From: Pelomyxa schiedti
Taxonomy: Eukaryota; Protista; Evosea
Direction: 5' to 3'
NCBI GenBank assembly: GCA_020536535.1
Contig: JAHLWZ010000197.1
Location: 64,637-128,636, forward strand
Length of the DNA stretch: 64,000 nucleotides
Shown: one piece after another, positions 1 to 15,343 of the stretch
Layout: every line of letters starts with the position of its first letter
Position numbering within the stretch: the first letter of the stretch is position 1
Notes under the pieces: generated by a model
What the model was told of the DNA's origin: nothing
Databases searched by the model: none
Seen by the model: only the letters and a program-made list of their open reading frames with translations
Position numbers and translations under genes: made by a program

Positions 1-2472
<2,472 letters not shown>

Positions 2473-2641
2473 CTTTTCTTGTGTCAGATCTCCAATACCT
2501 CAGTGGTTACGATGCCAAACGGACTCGGTTTTTTGATCGCCAACCGAATTTTCAGGAAAAAAGCAAAAATATGTTTACCAAGTCCATGTTGTCAAAAAAA
2601 GTACTGGAAATTATATAAAAATAAAACAACCGAAGAACAGG

Positions 2642-3138
2642 ATGAGCTCGAGCGTCGATGTCATCAACAACCCTGACGGCGTGTTTGTTGTGACGGATCT
2701 TCCCCAACGTCTCCAACAGGATATTGTGAGGGTAGCACAGGAACAGCTGGGGACAAAGTATGTTTGTTTGCCTGTTTGTTTTCACCACCTAGTGCTTTTT
2801 TTTTTTTTGTTCCTCTTTGTTATGGAAAATATATAATTGACCTGGATGCTGCTGTTCAATTATTGGTGGTTACAACTATCCCCCACTTCCAGTCAAAAGA
2901 AGCTGCCAAGATTACTCAGGCAGTCACATACTCCAGGATATCTTCTCACATTGTCTCTCCACCAAACATTCCTGCTCTGGAGCATCCATACAGCACTCCA
3001 CCTACATCCAGTATGACACAGGGAGGCCCTCCAGCTGATGAAATCCAGGTGAAAGAAGACTTGTGCTTGGTGCTCAATGGGTCCCTGCTCCTGTTCTGCT
3101 GGTTCTTCATGAACTTGAGCTGGGGTTGTTTGTGTTGA
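2642..3138 (+). CDS. Hypothetical or disrupted gene divergent from dynamin; runs into the repeat relic
   Basis: ATG ORF MSSSVDVINNPDG.. followed by a T-rich intron-like stretch and a second open frame. No recognisable domain, and the 3' end is uncertain. Confidence 0.3.
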
Positions 3139-3552
3139 GGATGCCACCTGGTTGGCACAACTGTTGAGGCATTGAAGCAGTTGGTCAAATGCATCATGGT
3201 GCTCTGGTCCAATGATCAATTCCCCAGTGCTCAGAAATGCATTTGTCAGTGGGGTGAGAAAGGCTCAGTACTTCTGGAGGTGACTGTCAACCCATTGGTG
3301 ACCCTGAAGATGGTGCTGGACAAATATCACTACAGTGGTAAATGTTGGCAGTGATGCAACACAAGCTTCTTGTAGGTCAATCACCAGGTCACTGGCCAAA
3401 CTGGGGAAGCCTTTCTCACCACACTGACAAATGCATTTCTGAGCACTGGGGAATTGATCATGGGCCAGAGCACCACAATTGTGTTTGACCAACTGATTCA
3501 ATGCCTCAACAGTTGTGCCAACCAGGTGGCATCCTTGACACAAACAACCCCA
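3121..3552. repeat. 145-bp inverted repeat (arms 3121-3265 and 3408-3552, 142-bp spacer)
   Basis: The reverse complement of 3121-3265 aligns without gaps to 3408-3552 (agcctttctcacc..caaacaacccca) with about a dozen mismatches. Confidence 0.95.
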
Positions 3553-3627
3553 CAACTGCAACCACCATCCAGATGCACACACGGTTGTGCAGTTGGCTTT
3601 GGTGTTATGTCACCTCCAAATTTTACA

Positions 3628-4127
3628 TCACCCAGCACCGACAAAAGTTCTCAGTAATTTTAAACACAATGAAACTTTTTCGGCAGTTTTATGGAATGAA
3701 CCAACATACAGACGGTATCTGTGTGAATGTGACTCCCAATGAATGAGTGAGTAATGGAGCTCAAATGGCAGATTTGTGTGATTGGTTGTGGTGAGGGAGT
3801 CCCACTGCAGCCTCTGTTTTATGCCCCTGTGGGATCCCCTGTGGTACAGCTGTGTTACAACAGATTTTGGTGGAATTTTGAAGGGGCCCATGGTATGTCG
3901 CTTTGGTGTTGATATCTGCATCACTTTGTGATAATAAAATCTGGTAAGCTGGAGGTAGATTCGTTGGCAAAATTGCCAGGCACTACATCCCCAGTTGGGA
4001 GCAATCTACAGGCTAAGAAGAAGCAATACAATAGCAGGCTGCCCTGCCATGATGCAAAGTGAAGAGGAGATAAAGACTCTGACCTAATTTTGTGCATAGT
4101 TTTCATTTGAATTGAACCCATGCACAT
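3628..4127 (-). mobile_element. Possible degenerate retroelement pol/integrase relic
   Basis: ORF 3628-3924 reads IPPKSVVTQLYHRGSHRGIK..PFELH..RYRLYVGSFHKTAEKVSL. This loosely resembles the integrase zinc-binding HxxxH and the start of the core. The region is CpG-poor with broken frames. Weak evidence. Confidence 0.25.
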
Positions 4128-4232
4128 TTCCTTCTCAGTGCTGTGGGATAACCTTTACCCCACATACACCTCAGTCATCAAACGAGGCACTCTGATATCT
4201 TTCCAAATATCCACAATCAAAGAAACCTACCC

Positions 4233-4589
4233 CTATAGCTCCCACCAGTTCCTCAACAACATCAGTGTGCCTGTATACACAGGCCGGTACGAGCCCATGT
4301 CCACCAGCCTCCGTGTGTAATAATGGGAGTGGTTGTTGACCTGCGCATCAAATACCATGTCCTTGACCACCTTCAAGTGTCTGTGCTTGACAGCAGCATG
4401 GAGTGGTGTCCTTCCATTTCTAGAGTGCCTCTTCATAAACTCTAAATCGTAGAACCCCTTCCCTCCTCCACTGGTGCCTGGTATCTGTCCGTTTGGGACA
4501 GATATGCAACCGTTGTAGTAGTAGCAGTAGACATCTTCTTGTGCCTTCGCCTCGGTCTGGGTCCTCGCATCTGTGGCTATGCTCACCAA
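4233..4589 (-). CDS. Small ankyrin-repeat-containing ORF or gene fragment
   Basis: NGRTPLHAAVKHRHLKVVKDMV matches the ankyrin consensus GxTPLHxA. Start is uncertain (perhaps near 4760). Confidence 0.5.
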   Translation of the reverse strand: MVSIATDARTQTEAKAQEDVYCYYYNGCISVPNGQIPGTSGGGKGFYDLEFMKRHSRNGRTPLHAAVKHRHLKVVKDMVFDAQVNNHSHYYTRRLVDMGSYRPVYTGTLMLLRNWWEL

Positions 4590-4858
4590 GAAAAGCTTCT
4601 TGGTCGACCAACAGCAGGGTCCTCACGGTAGCGGCGTCGACTTTGGCCGCGGCATAGAGGCCGAGGTCACGACTGTGCCTCTTAGACGGAAAGCAACTGC
4701 ACCTCGTGGCTCTGGTCTTGAAGCTCTCGTTCTTCCTCCAGGGGCTTGTGTTCGCCCCATTTGATCGTTTCGCCCTTTCGTCTGATTCCCGTGGGTTGAA
4801 AATAAAGGAAAAGAACGCCCTGATCAGATAAGATCCCAACCGGCCGTAGGAGCGGAGG

Positions 4859-6675
4859 ATGGCTTGTTGTCGCTTGATTTTTGCAACTCTACTGGGGTTG
4901 TTGGTTGCGGTGGTGGTGGTGGGTGATTCAGATTTCGACGTGCGGCAACACACGTGCACAAAAACACCGTATAGAAACGACCGGTTGTGGACTGTTTCAT
5001 CTCCTGACGTAGATCCGGAAAATTGTGAAGTCGTGCACATAAATACCGTAACGAGACACGGATCTCGTTTTCCAACACAGTCCTCATGCGAGGTTTGATT
5101 TTCATCCTGTGCTTATAATTCACAAACAAAAATCTCTAGGAGTATGACCAGCTGGCAGCATATCTGGCTAAACAAAAGTCCCTCAAGCAGGGATACGAGT
5201 GGCTGTCTTCATGGCAAAATCCTTATACGATAGCTGTAAGTGGATTGCTGTGTGATATGGGAGAGAATGAGTTGTATGATCTTGGTACCAGGCTGGCCCA
5301 AGACTACCCCACATTTTTGACTCCTGATCTCACTCTGAATCAGGTTCCAGTTCAATGCACACAGGTAATTCTTTCTCCTATTTTGGGTTGTTTCAATAAA
5401 TTTCAAGACAACAAGAACTGGGCAAAGTGCCACTTCCTTTCTACTTGCTTTGTCAGAAAATCTGGGTGGCCTCACCTCATGCAAACTTCCTGCATTTTCC
5501 ATGTTTTCTGATACTAAGTCTATGGACAAAACCCTTCGCTTCTTTGATGCATGCCCGGCCTATGAAGCAGCAGTTTGCTTTGAATTCTTTGGGGTTTCTT
5601 GACACATACTGCAGATGGATGCTGGACTTGGTACAGAACAATCTGATTTATATGCAGAAAGAAATATTCCGGCAGTTATTGCCGATGTGTCGGATCGCAC
5701 TGGTTCAACTCGCCTTTATCCTTTCCAATTTGTCAATTAACTAACTCCTAGGCTTGACAATGTTGACGGGTGACTATATCTCAAATATGTGGGAACTATG
5801 CACATATGATATTGTGATGGAAAACAGCACCGATCAGTGGTGTTCATTATTCTCTGAATCGGATATACTGGTTTTTGAAACAATTGAAGATCTTGAAGTT
5901 TGTACTTTCTTTTTCCCGCTCGTTCTTATGATCCACAAAGCACTACTATGAGCATGTGGGTATCCTTTAAAACAACGTAAGTGAAATAAACTCTCAAAGG
6001 GGTATGGACTTGAAATAAATACCCAAATGGGATGTGCTCTCCTGCAAGAGGTTGTGGAAATTATGGATGCAGTCTGGAACTATGACACCGACTCAGATTA
6101 CTATGATGATTCAGCAAAATTTAGGTTGATAAGCGGTTTGAGGGGAAATTTTGAGATCATTTGTTAGATTTGCACATGCAGAAACTATAATGCCCCTTGT
6201 TTCCTTGTTGGTATGACTGAAACTCAACTTGCACTCCCACAAATTACTTGCCTTTCTAGGGACTCTTTAAAGACAACGTCACACTTACTGCCGATACCCC
6301 TGCTGACGTTTTAGCTGCAAGGCAGTGGAGAACCTCGATCCTCGCCATTTTTTCTGCAAACTTCCAATTTGTGCTCTACAATTGCACGGGTGTAGCCTAT
6401 GTACGTACTACAGCCCCACTTTAACTTAATGTTTGTTCCAGGTCCACACAAGGTTCAACGAGCAGGACATTGTTCTTCCTGGGTGTCATGACTCTTTCTG
6501 CTTGTACACAACATTCAAGGACTCCTATGCCAGCATTCTGAACCTTGACTTCACCACCCTCTGCACTGTACCATCGTCCTCTGCCATGCAATCAAACAAC
6601 GTGGCTGTACCAAGACCCTCTGTGGCAACCCTCCTGTTTTTCCTGTCACTCTGCATTCTTGCACTCATATTATGA
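4859..6675 (+). CDS. MINPP1: Multiple inositol polyphosphate phosphatase (MINPP1-like histidine acid phosphatase), multi-exon
   Basis: Signal peptide, TKTPY, catalytic TRHGSRFP, GLLCDMGENELYDLGTRL, RFAHAETIMPL (MINPP-type HAE), GLFKD..RQWRTS..FSANFQFVLYNC, and a hydrophobic C-terminal tail. Confidence 0.92.
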
Positions 6676-6755
6676 CTGGCCAAATACCACCCAAACGCAC
6701 TCAACGTTTGTAGCAGTGTCCCCCAATACAACAAAAAGAATTGAGTTTTTGCCCA

Positions 6756-8100
6756 TCACTTGTTTTGTTTGGTTTGTAAAACAAGTGGCGCTTCGAGGAA
6801 AATTTTCCAGGAAGAGGTGGCATCAATGTCAAAAACCTGGGTGGGAATCAACTTACTGTTTGGGCAGGTACAGTTCATATAGGTTCTTACCTCCTCTCCA
6901 GAATTTTTCCACCAGGAACTGCAACTTGAATGAAAACCACGAATCACAATCCAACCCAGAAGTAGATGCAACAGCTTCAAAACCAGGAGAATTACTTCCA
7001 TCCACATGACGCATGGAGTTGTAAACCACACTGCATCGCTGAATTGGCGATAATTCAGCACATGTGGGGCCAAAACCAAGCGGACTCTTCTTGTCTGCAT
7101 AAATACGGCCCCAGCAGTCTGTAAAGTTGCTAGTGAGCAATGGAGTCACGGCAGCGGCCGTGTGTGATGTCGTTGGTCCGTTGTCACAGTGGTTTGGTGT
7201 TGGGTACTCCTCCAGCATTTTTTGTGCAAGTTCAGTCTGGGTCAACAAGCAATGGGAATGATACCGAGCTGAGCACGAGGTGGGGCCACCAGAACCAAAC
7301 AACCAGTGTAACAGAATCATTGGAATCACAAGGGAAGCTGTGGTGAATAAAAAGCCACGCCTTCCGCTGCTGTTCCGCATTGTGCAGAGTTTAGTGCACA
7401 CCCAACACAGGGCGAGGTGGAGTGCTGATTCCACAATGAGAACACAACAGGAACCGGGAGAGTGCAGTGGCGAGGAGGGTGCGGTCAGAATTGGAGCTAG
7501 TGATTCGCACATTTGTTCAGTAGGCTCGAATTGAGGCAGCAGAGGGGCCTCGGCCTGGCACTGCAAGAATTTGTCTGGTCCCATCGATGATATCTGGGAT
7601 GACACCACCATGTGAGAGCAAGAGCAATGAGGTAGTTGCTGCTGCTGCTGTTGTTGTTGTTGTGTTTGTGTAGAAGAAGGAGTAGAGGGGTCTTTCAGAG
7701 CAGAGGAAGAGGGTTTGCATTCACCTGTGAGGAATTGTGGGACACAAATTGGCGCGCAGGTGTGGAATTCTGCAGAGGAGAAGAGGCACGACAGGCACGT
7801 CTCCTCTACTGTGAAGCAGCTGTGTGCGAGGTTTGCCTTGAGACACTCGTACCGCAGTGTGTCCAGGGTGCCCTTATGGGTGCAATTTTGGTTTTTCAGT
7901 TTCGCTGTTTAATTTAACACCACCCAGTGGGCCCAGAGGAAAACAAAAAAAAATAAAATAAAAAAAATGATGCAAACCATGCAATTGAGTGTTGCATCGC
8001 GCAAGTGCGCCATCATCCAAGTGTCGGTGACCATCGTGGTACCTCCCATAATGAACACAAACGCCGACAGCACAAAAGCACGGCCCCACATCCACTTCAT
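6756..8100 (-). CDS. Cys-rich secreted/membrane protein of unknown function, multi-exon
   Basis: Hydrophobic N-terminus MKWMWGRAFVLSAFVFIMGG. An exon near 7870-7612 (GTLDTLRYECLK..polyQ) is in frame with ORF 6853-7611, which has a TM-like segment. The last exon ends ..LQTKQNK* at 6756. Confidence 0.6.
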
Positions 8101-8133
8101 CTTTCGTGACGGCACCCAACTTGGGTTTCGGAA

Positions 8134-10183
8134 ATGGTTGAGTTGAGATTCCTCATGCTATGTCCTGGAGGACACTCACTTACAAAGGGAAGGGAGTGTG
8201 GGCTTGACAGTAGTTGCCGGCTGCCACACTGCGAATCAAATACGGAAAGGATTTATAAAACGACAGATCTCGGAATGTCGTGTATTGGCAGCATGCAGGA
8301 GTTGTTGTCGTCGGGAGCTGTACCGCGTGCTGTGAAGCACATGGGGGCACTGTTTGAATATGCGTGTGATTGCGATCTGTGGACGGTAATCGAAGGCGCG
8401 TACAAAAGCGGCCCGCCGTTTTTTTTTTTTTTTCTTTTACATTTTCTTCGTGAGCGCTAACGATTGCGTTCTGCAGCTACGAGATTTTGGCTGGTGAACT
8501 CACAACCACAGCTGGGATTTTTGAACTTGAAGATGTTGGTGGCTGCAATCTCGCATAGATTGGGGAACAGTCTCACCAGCAACCTTGTTGGGAGTGGTGA
8601 TGAAGTGGCTGCTATGGAGTTTTGCGTCAAGTGCTTGTGCAGAATCCACGATCACCTGTCGAGTGACGAGGACATGGCCGAGGAAGAAGTGTCGGCAGCA
8701 AGCAAATCAGTTACTGCAAAGAGAGTACTCGAACTAGCTGACGAATTCCGATTCCAGGTACAAATTCCCATTTGTGTATGATTGATCCTGCCCCGGCTTC
8801 ACTTCTGCGTGGAGTAGCTCTAAATACTTCTCATCAGAGTGTGATACACCAAGCGTTTCTGAAAGGAGGCAGTTTTGAAGATCTTGTCAAACAGTTTTGC
8901 CCCATAATCGAACTGGAAGGTTCATTTAGCACATCGTTTGCCATTTTTTCCCCTCACCTCAACCAATTTAACAAAAGAAAAAAAGCTGTCGGATCTGGTT
9001 CAAAAGAATCCATGGAAGCGATTCCATAAAAAAATGAAAGCTTTCATACGCAGCTACCGCAACGAGCTGGGGAGAAGTGTTTTGGCAAATGTAACATTTT
9101 CTCAAGTTCATTTCACAGAGATCTAATCAGGTTTTTTGTTTGTCTTCAAGTACAGGTCCTCGATGAACATATTGATGAATTGACAAGGAAGAAACCCCTC
9201 ACGTGAGCTGAAATGTCCCACACTTAGTTTCTCTTGATCACAAATAACCCTTATCCAGCATTGCACAACTGAAAGCGGAAAACCCTGAAATTGACTGGGA
9301 TTCACTTGTTGAAGGACCTGATTCCACTCCAGAAGAGCTCATAAATAGTCACGTCAAGAATGCAGTTCAACCACCTCACATAAACGTCTCAGCCGAAAAA
9401 CCCGACATGCCAGTCTCAAGTGGCACTTCGACCTCCACTACACACCCAGAGCAACTACGGAATAAAGGCAAGGATATCTCAAGGCAGACTGAAAAACCAA
9501 AGGCAAAACAACTGGAGGTTCAAGCGGAACAGATTCCAGAGAAACCTCTGCATCAACCCCATCCTCAACAACCTGTTCGTCCAGCCCCGCCCCCACTGCA
9601 ACCGAAGCCCCAATTGCCAGCCAAACCGCAACCACCACCACAAATTCTCCCGAAACAACAACTGCAACCGTTACTGCAACCACAACCGCAACCGCAACCA
9701 CAACCACAACCACAAGCTCAACCTCAGCCGTTACCACAGGCTCCAGCGCAACTACTGCAACCAAAGCAGGCTCAACCACCACCGCAATCACAGGCAGACA
9801 CACAGGCACCTCCACAATCTCAACCGCAATCAGAAGTGCAGCCTCAGTCACAACCGGAACATGAAGCACACTCACAACAGTCCCCATCACCCTCCACACC
9901 CCCACAAACCCAGCAAGCCGAGCAAACCCTCCCGCTCCCCGACCCTATCCCTCCCAAGAATCCTCTTCCGCTTCCACTGCCGTTGTTACCCTTGCCCTCA
10001 CCACTTCCTCTGCCCACACCAACCACCAAACCCAAACCGCAAACAATGAAAACTCCACGTGGGCCCCCTACAACAACCAACAAGGCTCAGACCCCAGCAC
10101 CAACCACCAAATCAACTCCCGCAGGACCACAGTCCAAAAAGAAACGAGCCGCCACCACAGCCAAGAAAGGCAAGAAGACATGA
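8134..10183 (+). CDS. Hypothetical protein with Pro/Gln-rich low-complexity region and Lys-rich tail, multi-exon
   Basis: Chain of + strand ORFs (8134, 8464, 8772, 8938, 9407) separated by short intron-like T/A-rich gaps. Contains (QP)n repeats and a KKKR..KKGKK NLS-like end. Confidence 0.65.
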
Positions 10184-10324
10184 TCTTAACTTTATTAAAA
10201 CTATTACGTTACACAGAACTTCTTTACTTGTTCGAAAACTCTAAAAACTGTATGGAACTAGTGATTTGGGTTTGCTTTGTGGTTCTTGCATGTCCCACAG
10301 AGTACGCAAGGATTTGCCAATTCA

Positions 10325-11503
10325 TCAACAAAAGAGCACATGAACACTCCAAACATGAGAGCCATCACTAAGGGGTGCTGCAATCTCCATTAATAGGGTT
10401 CCACTGACATCAGTCACTTGAAGAAGTCTGGTGGTATCTCTTGATCCAGGGGGCTGTGGTTCCCAGCTGAATATAAGTCCATTTTGCGCAAGTAAACCAG
10501 GATTAGGCGTGGGTGCCAATTGGAGGCTGAAGCATGGCGTTGAGGGGGCATTCACGTCGATTATGTCTATAGTTAGTATGGGGCCCAAGATTTCTGGGTA
10601 CATGCAGAAGTGTGATTCATCAACGCCAATGAGTGAGTTGTCTGTAGGAAGTTTCACCAACTTGGAAGCCGGCTTTAATAAAACATGAAACCCACCAAGT
10701 CCAGTGAGGTAGGCGAAGCTTCCTTGCTTGTCCCTCATAACATGGGGCACTACTTCCTGCAGCATCCAAACATCAATGTTGACTGGCTCTCCAACACACC
10801 GAACCATCCCATCCGCGTCGAATGGGTTCTCCAAGTCCACAATGATGTGATTCAAGTCACCAGATTCAGAAACACTTGAAATGACTGAGACCTCATCATA
10901 AAACCCAACAGCGTGATGCTGGAAGTGCGTGAACTGCACGGCATCCGGAAATTTAAATGGGAGTGTACCGCGTGAACCTGGCAATTTAAGCATGTTGCAA
11001 CGTTCATCAATTCTCCAGACATTCAGTTCGGTATCTCGCAATAGCACGGCCCACTTCTTGTTGACAGCAACCCTCTTTGGCATTCCGCCATGGCTTCTAT
11101 CTGTGATACCCATAATGTCCTCCACCCCCGTCTTCTCCAAGTTCCACCTGACAAGCACCCTCTCAGGATCCAGCCAAACCACACTCTGCCCCGAGTTGCG
11201 ATCCGCAGCCACCAGCCTAGGAACCACACCCAATGTCGGCGACACCCCAAACATCATCGACACACCGTCCCCCGCTGTCACAGTCGCCACCCTCTCGGTC
11301 CTCACAACCCACTTCCTCCCCAGCTCGTTCTCCAGCAGCCCGTGGGTCAGTGCACCGGCCTGGCACTTGCCTCTCACTCCGCGTCGTGGTGCTGAATTCC
11401 TGAGCACCAGTGCCAAGCCCAAGGCCACGAATTGTTCCTTGGCATCAATTAACACCCTAGGATAGGTTGTGGGTTGCTTTGGTTTTGATTCTTGTAGTCC
11501 CAT
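10325..11503 (-). CDS. Intronless 392-aa hypothetical protein, possible N-myristoylation (MGLQESK)
   Basis: Single uninterrupted ORF with an MGxxxS start and a beta-strand-like composition. No family recognised. Confidence 0.75.
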   Translation of the reverse strand: MGLQESKPKQPTTYPRVLIDAKEQFVALGLALVLRNSAPRRGVRGKCQAGALTHGLLENELGRKWVVRTERVATVTAGDGVSMMFGVSPTLGVVPRLVAADRNSGQSVVWLDPERVLVRWNLEKTGVEDIMGITDRSHGGMPKRVAVNKKWAVLLRDTELNVWRIDERCNMLKLPGSRGTLPFKFPDAVQFTHFQHHAVGFYDEVSVISSVSESGDLNHIIVDLENPFDADGMVRCVGEPVNIDVWMLQEVVPHVMRDKQGSFAYLTGLGGFHVLLKPASKLVKLPTDNSLIGVDESHFCMYPEILGPILTIDIIDVNAPSTPCFSLQLAPTPNPGLLAQNGLIFSWEPQPPGSRDTTRLLQVTDVSGTLLMEIAAPLSDGSHVWSVHVLFC

Positions 11504-11650
11504 CGTTACATCATAACAATGATTTTTCGACTAAAACGAGCTAAAGATCATTGGAGATGGCAAAACCAACGAAGAATTAGCTGGCCCTTCGGTCCAACCA
11601 AAAAACGAACTACAAAGTACAAACAGGCAAAATAACATCGAATTATTATC

Positions 11651-12918
11651 ATGGCAGCAACATCAGCAGCGTCGTCTACAACACCAGCGAGCGACGAGAG
11701 CGTTTTCCAGTTGGTCCTCAAGAGGCACTCGTGCAAGGCCTTCGCAAATACGCCGATTCCATCCGCCGTGTCTGAGGAAATAGCTGCCAAGTTGGCTTCT
11801 CCTTGGGCCAAATCCAGTTGAGTTCTCGCCCGCACCCCCCCAAAAAAAAATCCCTACGAGGATCTCCCAGCTCCTTGCCTTAAAATTCGCCATCTCGCTG
11901 TTATGGGAGTGCGATTTGAAGTAGTGGCTAGCGAAACACTTCCTAGAGCTTTGAGTTGGAGTTTGGTTTTCTAAGAAAATGTGCAGATACGCCGTTTGGA
12001 AAGGGTGCTGCATTCAGGTTTGTGTATTCTCCTGAGCACTTGAGTGGGGGTGCTGTGGGGCATTCACAAGGTACAATTATTTGTGTATGCAAAACGGATG
12101 AAGCTGATCCAGTTATTACTGAGGTTTGCTTGTTTCCTTGACTTCTCTTCTTATCTGAGAATAATTCCGTATTTAACTATTAACACTTGCACCGGGAAAG
12201 TTATGATACTAAGCAAATATTAGTTGGACCTTTCCTACGCATTTGCTAGAATTCATATTGAGTTAATCACAAGACTTGGACTGGGTGCGTGCTGGCTATC
12301 AGCAACGCTGAATTTCAAACGTGCTTCTGTTGTTGCAGCATGTGGGGCAAACGAAGTATGTGGCACCTACTTCCTTCACACACGTAATTTTCCTAATTTC
12401 AGACAGAAAGTACCGTTTGGAACCCCTCTTGGCTATCCCGGCTCTAGTCTTATCTCTTCCGGATTTAATTGGCTTCAAGGTGCCGGCACGAGAAAGCCCA
12501 TAGATCACTTTGCAAAGAATGCAGATATGTCACCGCTGACCCTCCCTGACACTCATGAGTGGTATCTTTTTTTCCACACTTCATACCCATTAACGTACTT
12601 CAGGTTCAAACCCTTGGAAAGTGTTCGCTGGGCACCAACAGCTTTCAACAGACAGTGTGTTCGAGTAGTATTTGCTGACACAACCAAGCACATCTTCCAC
12701 TTCTATATTGAGGGCAGTAATCAATACGTCTTTCAGGACGCAGCCATTGCAATGTACCACTTTGGTGTGCACTACTTATCCTTTTTCATCCCTCAACTCA
12801 TTCTATTTCCTTCCCAGAGAGTGTTGCCAACGAGATAGGGAAACAAGGCAAATGGACACGTGAAAACCTCACAAACAAAGGCACCAACACATACATCGTA
12901 ACTTGGACACAAATATGA
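11651..12918 (+). CDS. Nitroreductase-family protein (two-domain TM1586-like bacterial type), multi-exon
   Basis: VLKRHSCKAFANTPIP (FMN-binding RxSxR-like motif), ITRLGLGACWLSAT, TPLGYP, RKP, LESVRWAPTAFNRQCVRV, DAAIAMYHFE. Stop codon at 12916-12918. Confidence 0.85.
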
Positions 12919-12985
12919 GGAAAATAAAGAGGAAACTTTTGCTTGAACTCAATTCTCTTTTTAATTTAATTCACTTTGGCAAAAT

Positions 12986-15238
12986 TCAAAGGAAGCCTCT
13001 CTTTCGTAGCAGGGCATCAACAGTTGGCTTGCCTCCAAGAAAGCTCTCTATTTGCTCATTTGGATCCTTTGAATTACCCCACTGCAGCACACAGTCCTTC
13101 AACCTCCTTCCATTTTCCCTGGTCAGTCCACCATGAGCCAAAATCCACTCGGAGGCAGTTGCGTCCAGTACCTCTGCCCAGATATAGGAGTAGTATCTTC
13201 CGGAGTACTCTGTGAAGGAGTGGTTGAAGTAGCAAGAATGATATCGGGGAGGAACAAGCTCCAGAAGCAGTCCGGCATCCTTCAAAGCCTTGGTTTCAAA
13301 GGCGTTGACCTCTTCCGGTGTGTGCGGTAGTTGAGCAGGTGGTGTGGTGTGCCACGCAACATCAACAACTGTAGCGGCGAGGTATGAGCATGTCAAGTAG
13401 CCTTGGTTGAAGCGCTTGCTCTCTATCACTTTATCAACAAGTCCTTGCGGAATTGGCTCATTTGTTTGGTGGTGCTTCGCCATGTTAGACAAAACTCTTG
13501 GGTGCAGAGTCCACATCTCGTTAAGTTGAGAGGGGAACTCAGCAAAGTCACACCCCACAGAAATGCCGCTAATAGAAGGATAATCCACATTGGAGAGCAT
13601 GCCATGCAAGCCATGGCCAAATTCGTGAAACATTGTATTTACCCAGTATAGAGAAACCAAAACGGGCTTCCCAGGAGGGGGCTTGGGAATGTTGCAGCAA
13701 TTGTATACGATTGGTTTCGTTCGTAGTAACTGCAAAATAGAGGAAGAAGGCGCATGTCAAAATATCGCACTTATTTAGTCAAGAGCTACCTTGCTTTGGG
13801 GAACTATGTTTTCCATCCAGGCACCACCAGACTTGTTATCCCGGGCAAAAGGGTCAAATAAAAATAGGGCAATCGCCTCATTGTTATCCTCAAAGACTTC
13901 AAATACCTTTATGCAGGTTAAAAGAAACATCTACGGAGTGACATTCGTAACTTGAACGTCCGGATGGTAAGTTGGCAAATCAGGACGCTTTCTGAATGTA
14001 AGACCATACAACTCATGTGCGACATAGAATAGACCGTTATGAAGGACACTCTCTAACTCAAAGTATTGCGATAACACTTCATCACTGAACTGAAATTTTC
14101 TTTGCATGACCTTGTTGGAATAGTACTCCCAGTCAGATGCTGCAAGTGGGGTATTTGTGCCCTTGTCTGTGTCCAGTTCCGACTGATTTTCAATGGTTTC
14201 CCTTTGCATCTGTTTCAAGGCTGCGGGGATGACACGCGAAATGAGATCATTTACATTGTGCGAGTTGCTTGCCATCTCTAATTCTGTTTCATAGTCGGCC
14301 CAGGATTTGTATCCAAGCAATTCCGCCTTCTTGGCCCGCAACGAGGCAATTTTGATAATATCTTCACGGGTATCATTAGGTCCGCCTGAGCTGTTGCGCT
14401 GACGTGAAGCGGTCAGCACTCGCTCACGTACATCGTGACGACGAAGCTTAGTGAGAACTGGTTGGGGGGTGGTATTCACCAACTGTATGACATATTTTCC
14501 AGGAAAACCAGCAGAACGTGCTGCTTCCTGTGCGGACAGTATTTCTTCATCTGTAAAGCCCTCCAATTCAGTGACGTCATTGCAAACAACACCCCTAGCA
14601 ACACGTTCGGCTCTCAACTTCTGGGGGAAAGACGATTCCAATGAGGCAAGGGCAGCATTGATCTCCCCGAGGATTCTTTTATTCTCAGCATCCAAAGCTG
14701 CACCTTCTCGCACAAATTCGGTGTGTACTCTGCGCAGCAATCTCGTCTGTGTGGCCGTCAAGCCTATCCCAACAGCAGTTGCGGCAGTGCCTTCAGGGAT
14801 ATGATGCCGAAAAACAGAGTCAACTCGTCTCCACAAGCCGTCGTTGAACTTGATAGAGTCGTTGTGTAAGGCTATACGTGGGGCAACTTGTCTGTCAACT
14901 TCCTCATATTCGGGTGTGGAGTTTGCGTCAGCGAGAACTCGCAAAACCAATTTTGCTCTTCGTAACTTTGCCCTCCCGGAAGAACACTCCAGTGCCACGA
15001 CTGTATTTTCGAAAGTAGGCGCGCTCGAACCTCTCACGATGGCATCAACATCAGCGCTCTCGGCCACCATCCCTGTGTGTTACGTAAGTTTAGGGCAGGT
15101 TAATACGCGTTCACAAACGAGCGATCTCTCTCTCCAACCTGCATCAATGGCACTCGTTACGTGAGCAGGCGTGATTTCACCAAATGGCGGTAGTCCATAC
15201 GGCAGTTCCTCCGACAGCACCGGGTTCCTTGCAGCCAT
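12986..15238 (-). CDS. dcp: M3A metallopeptidase, peptidyl-dipeptidase Dcp/oligopeptidase A-like, about 3 introns
   Basis: MAARNP..LPYGLPPFGEI, PTFENTVVALE, YHPDV, FDPFARDNKSGGAWM, zinc motif TMFHEFGHGLHGMLS, DFAEFPSQLNE, PPRY..YFNHSF, YYSYIWAEVLDA. Confidence 0.94.
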
Positions 15239-15343
15239 TGTTTTTTACCACTTTTACGCTTTTTGATCTCAAGAACGGGAAATACTTAGTTTTTTATGAT
15301 CTACAAACGGGAAATTTTTTTTTACTATTCACCAGTGCCATGC

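Noticed and set aside
9420-10083. Long alternative-frame and antisense ORFs (Asn/His/Arg- or Val-rich)
   Set aside because: Shadows of the CAA/CCR-rich Pro/Gln coding repeat.
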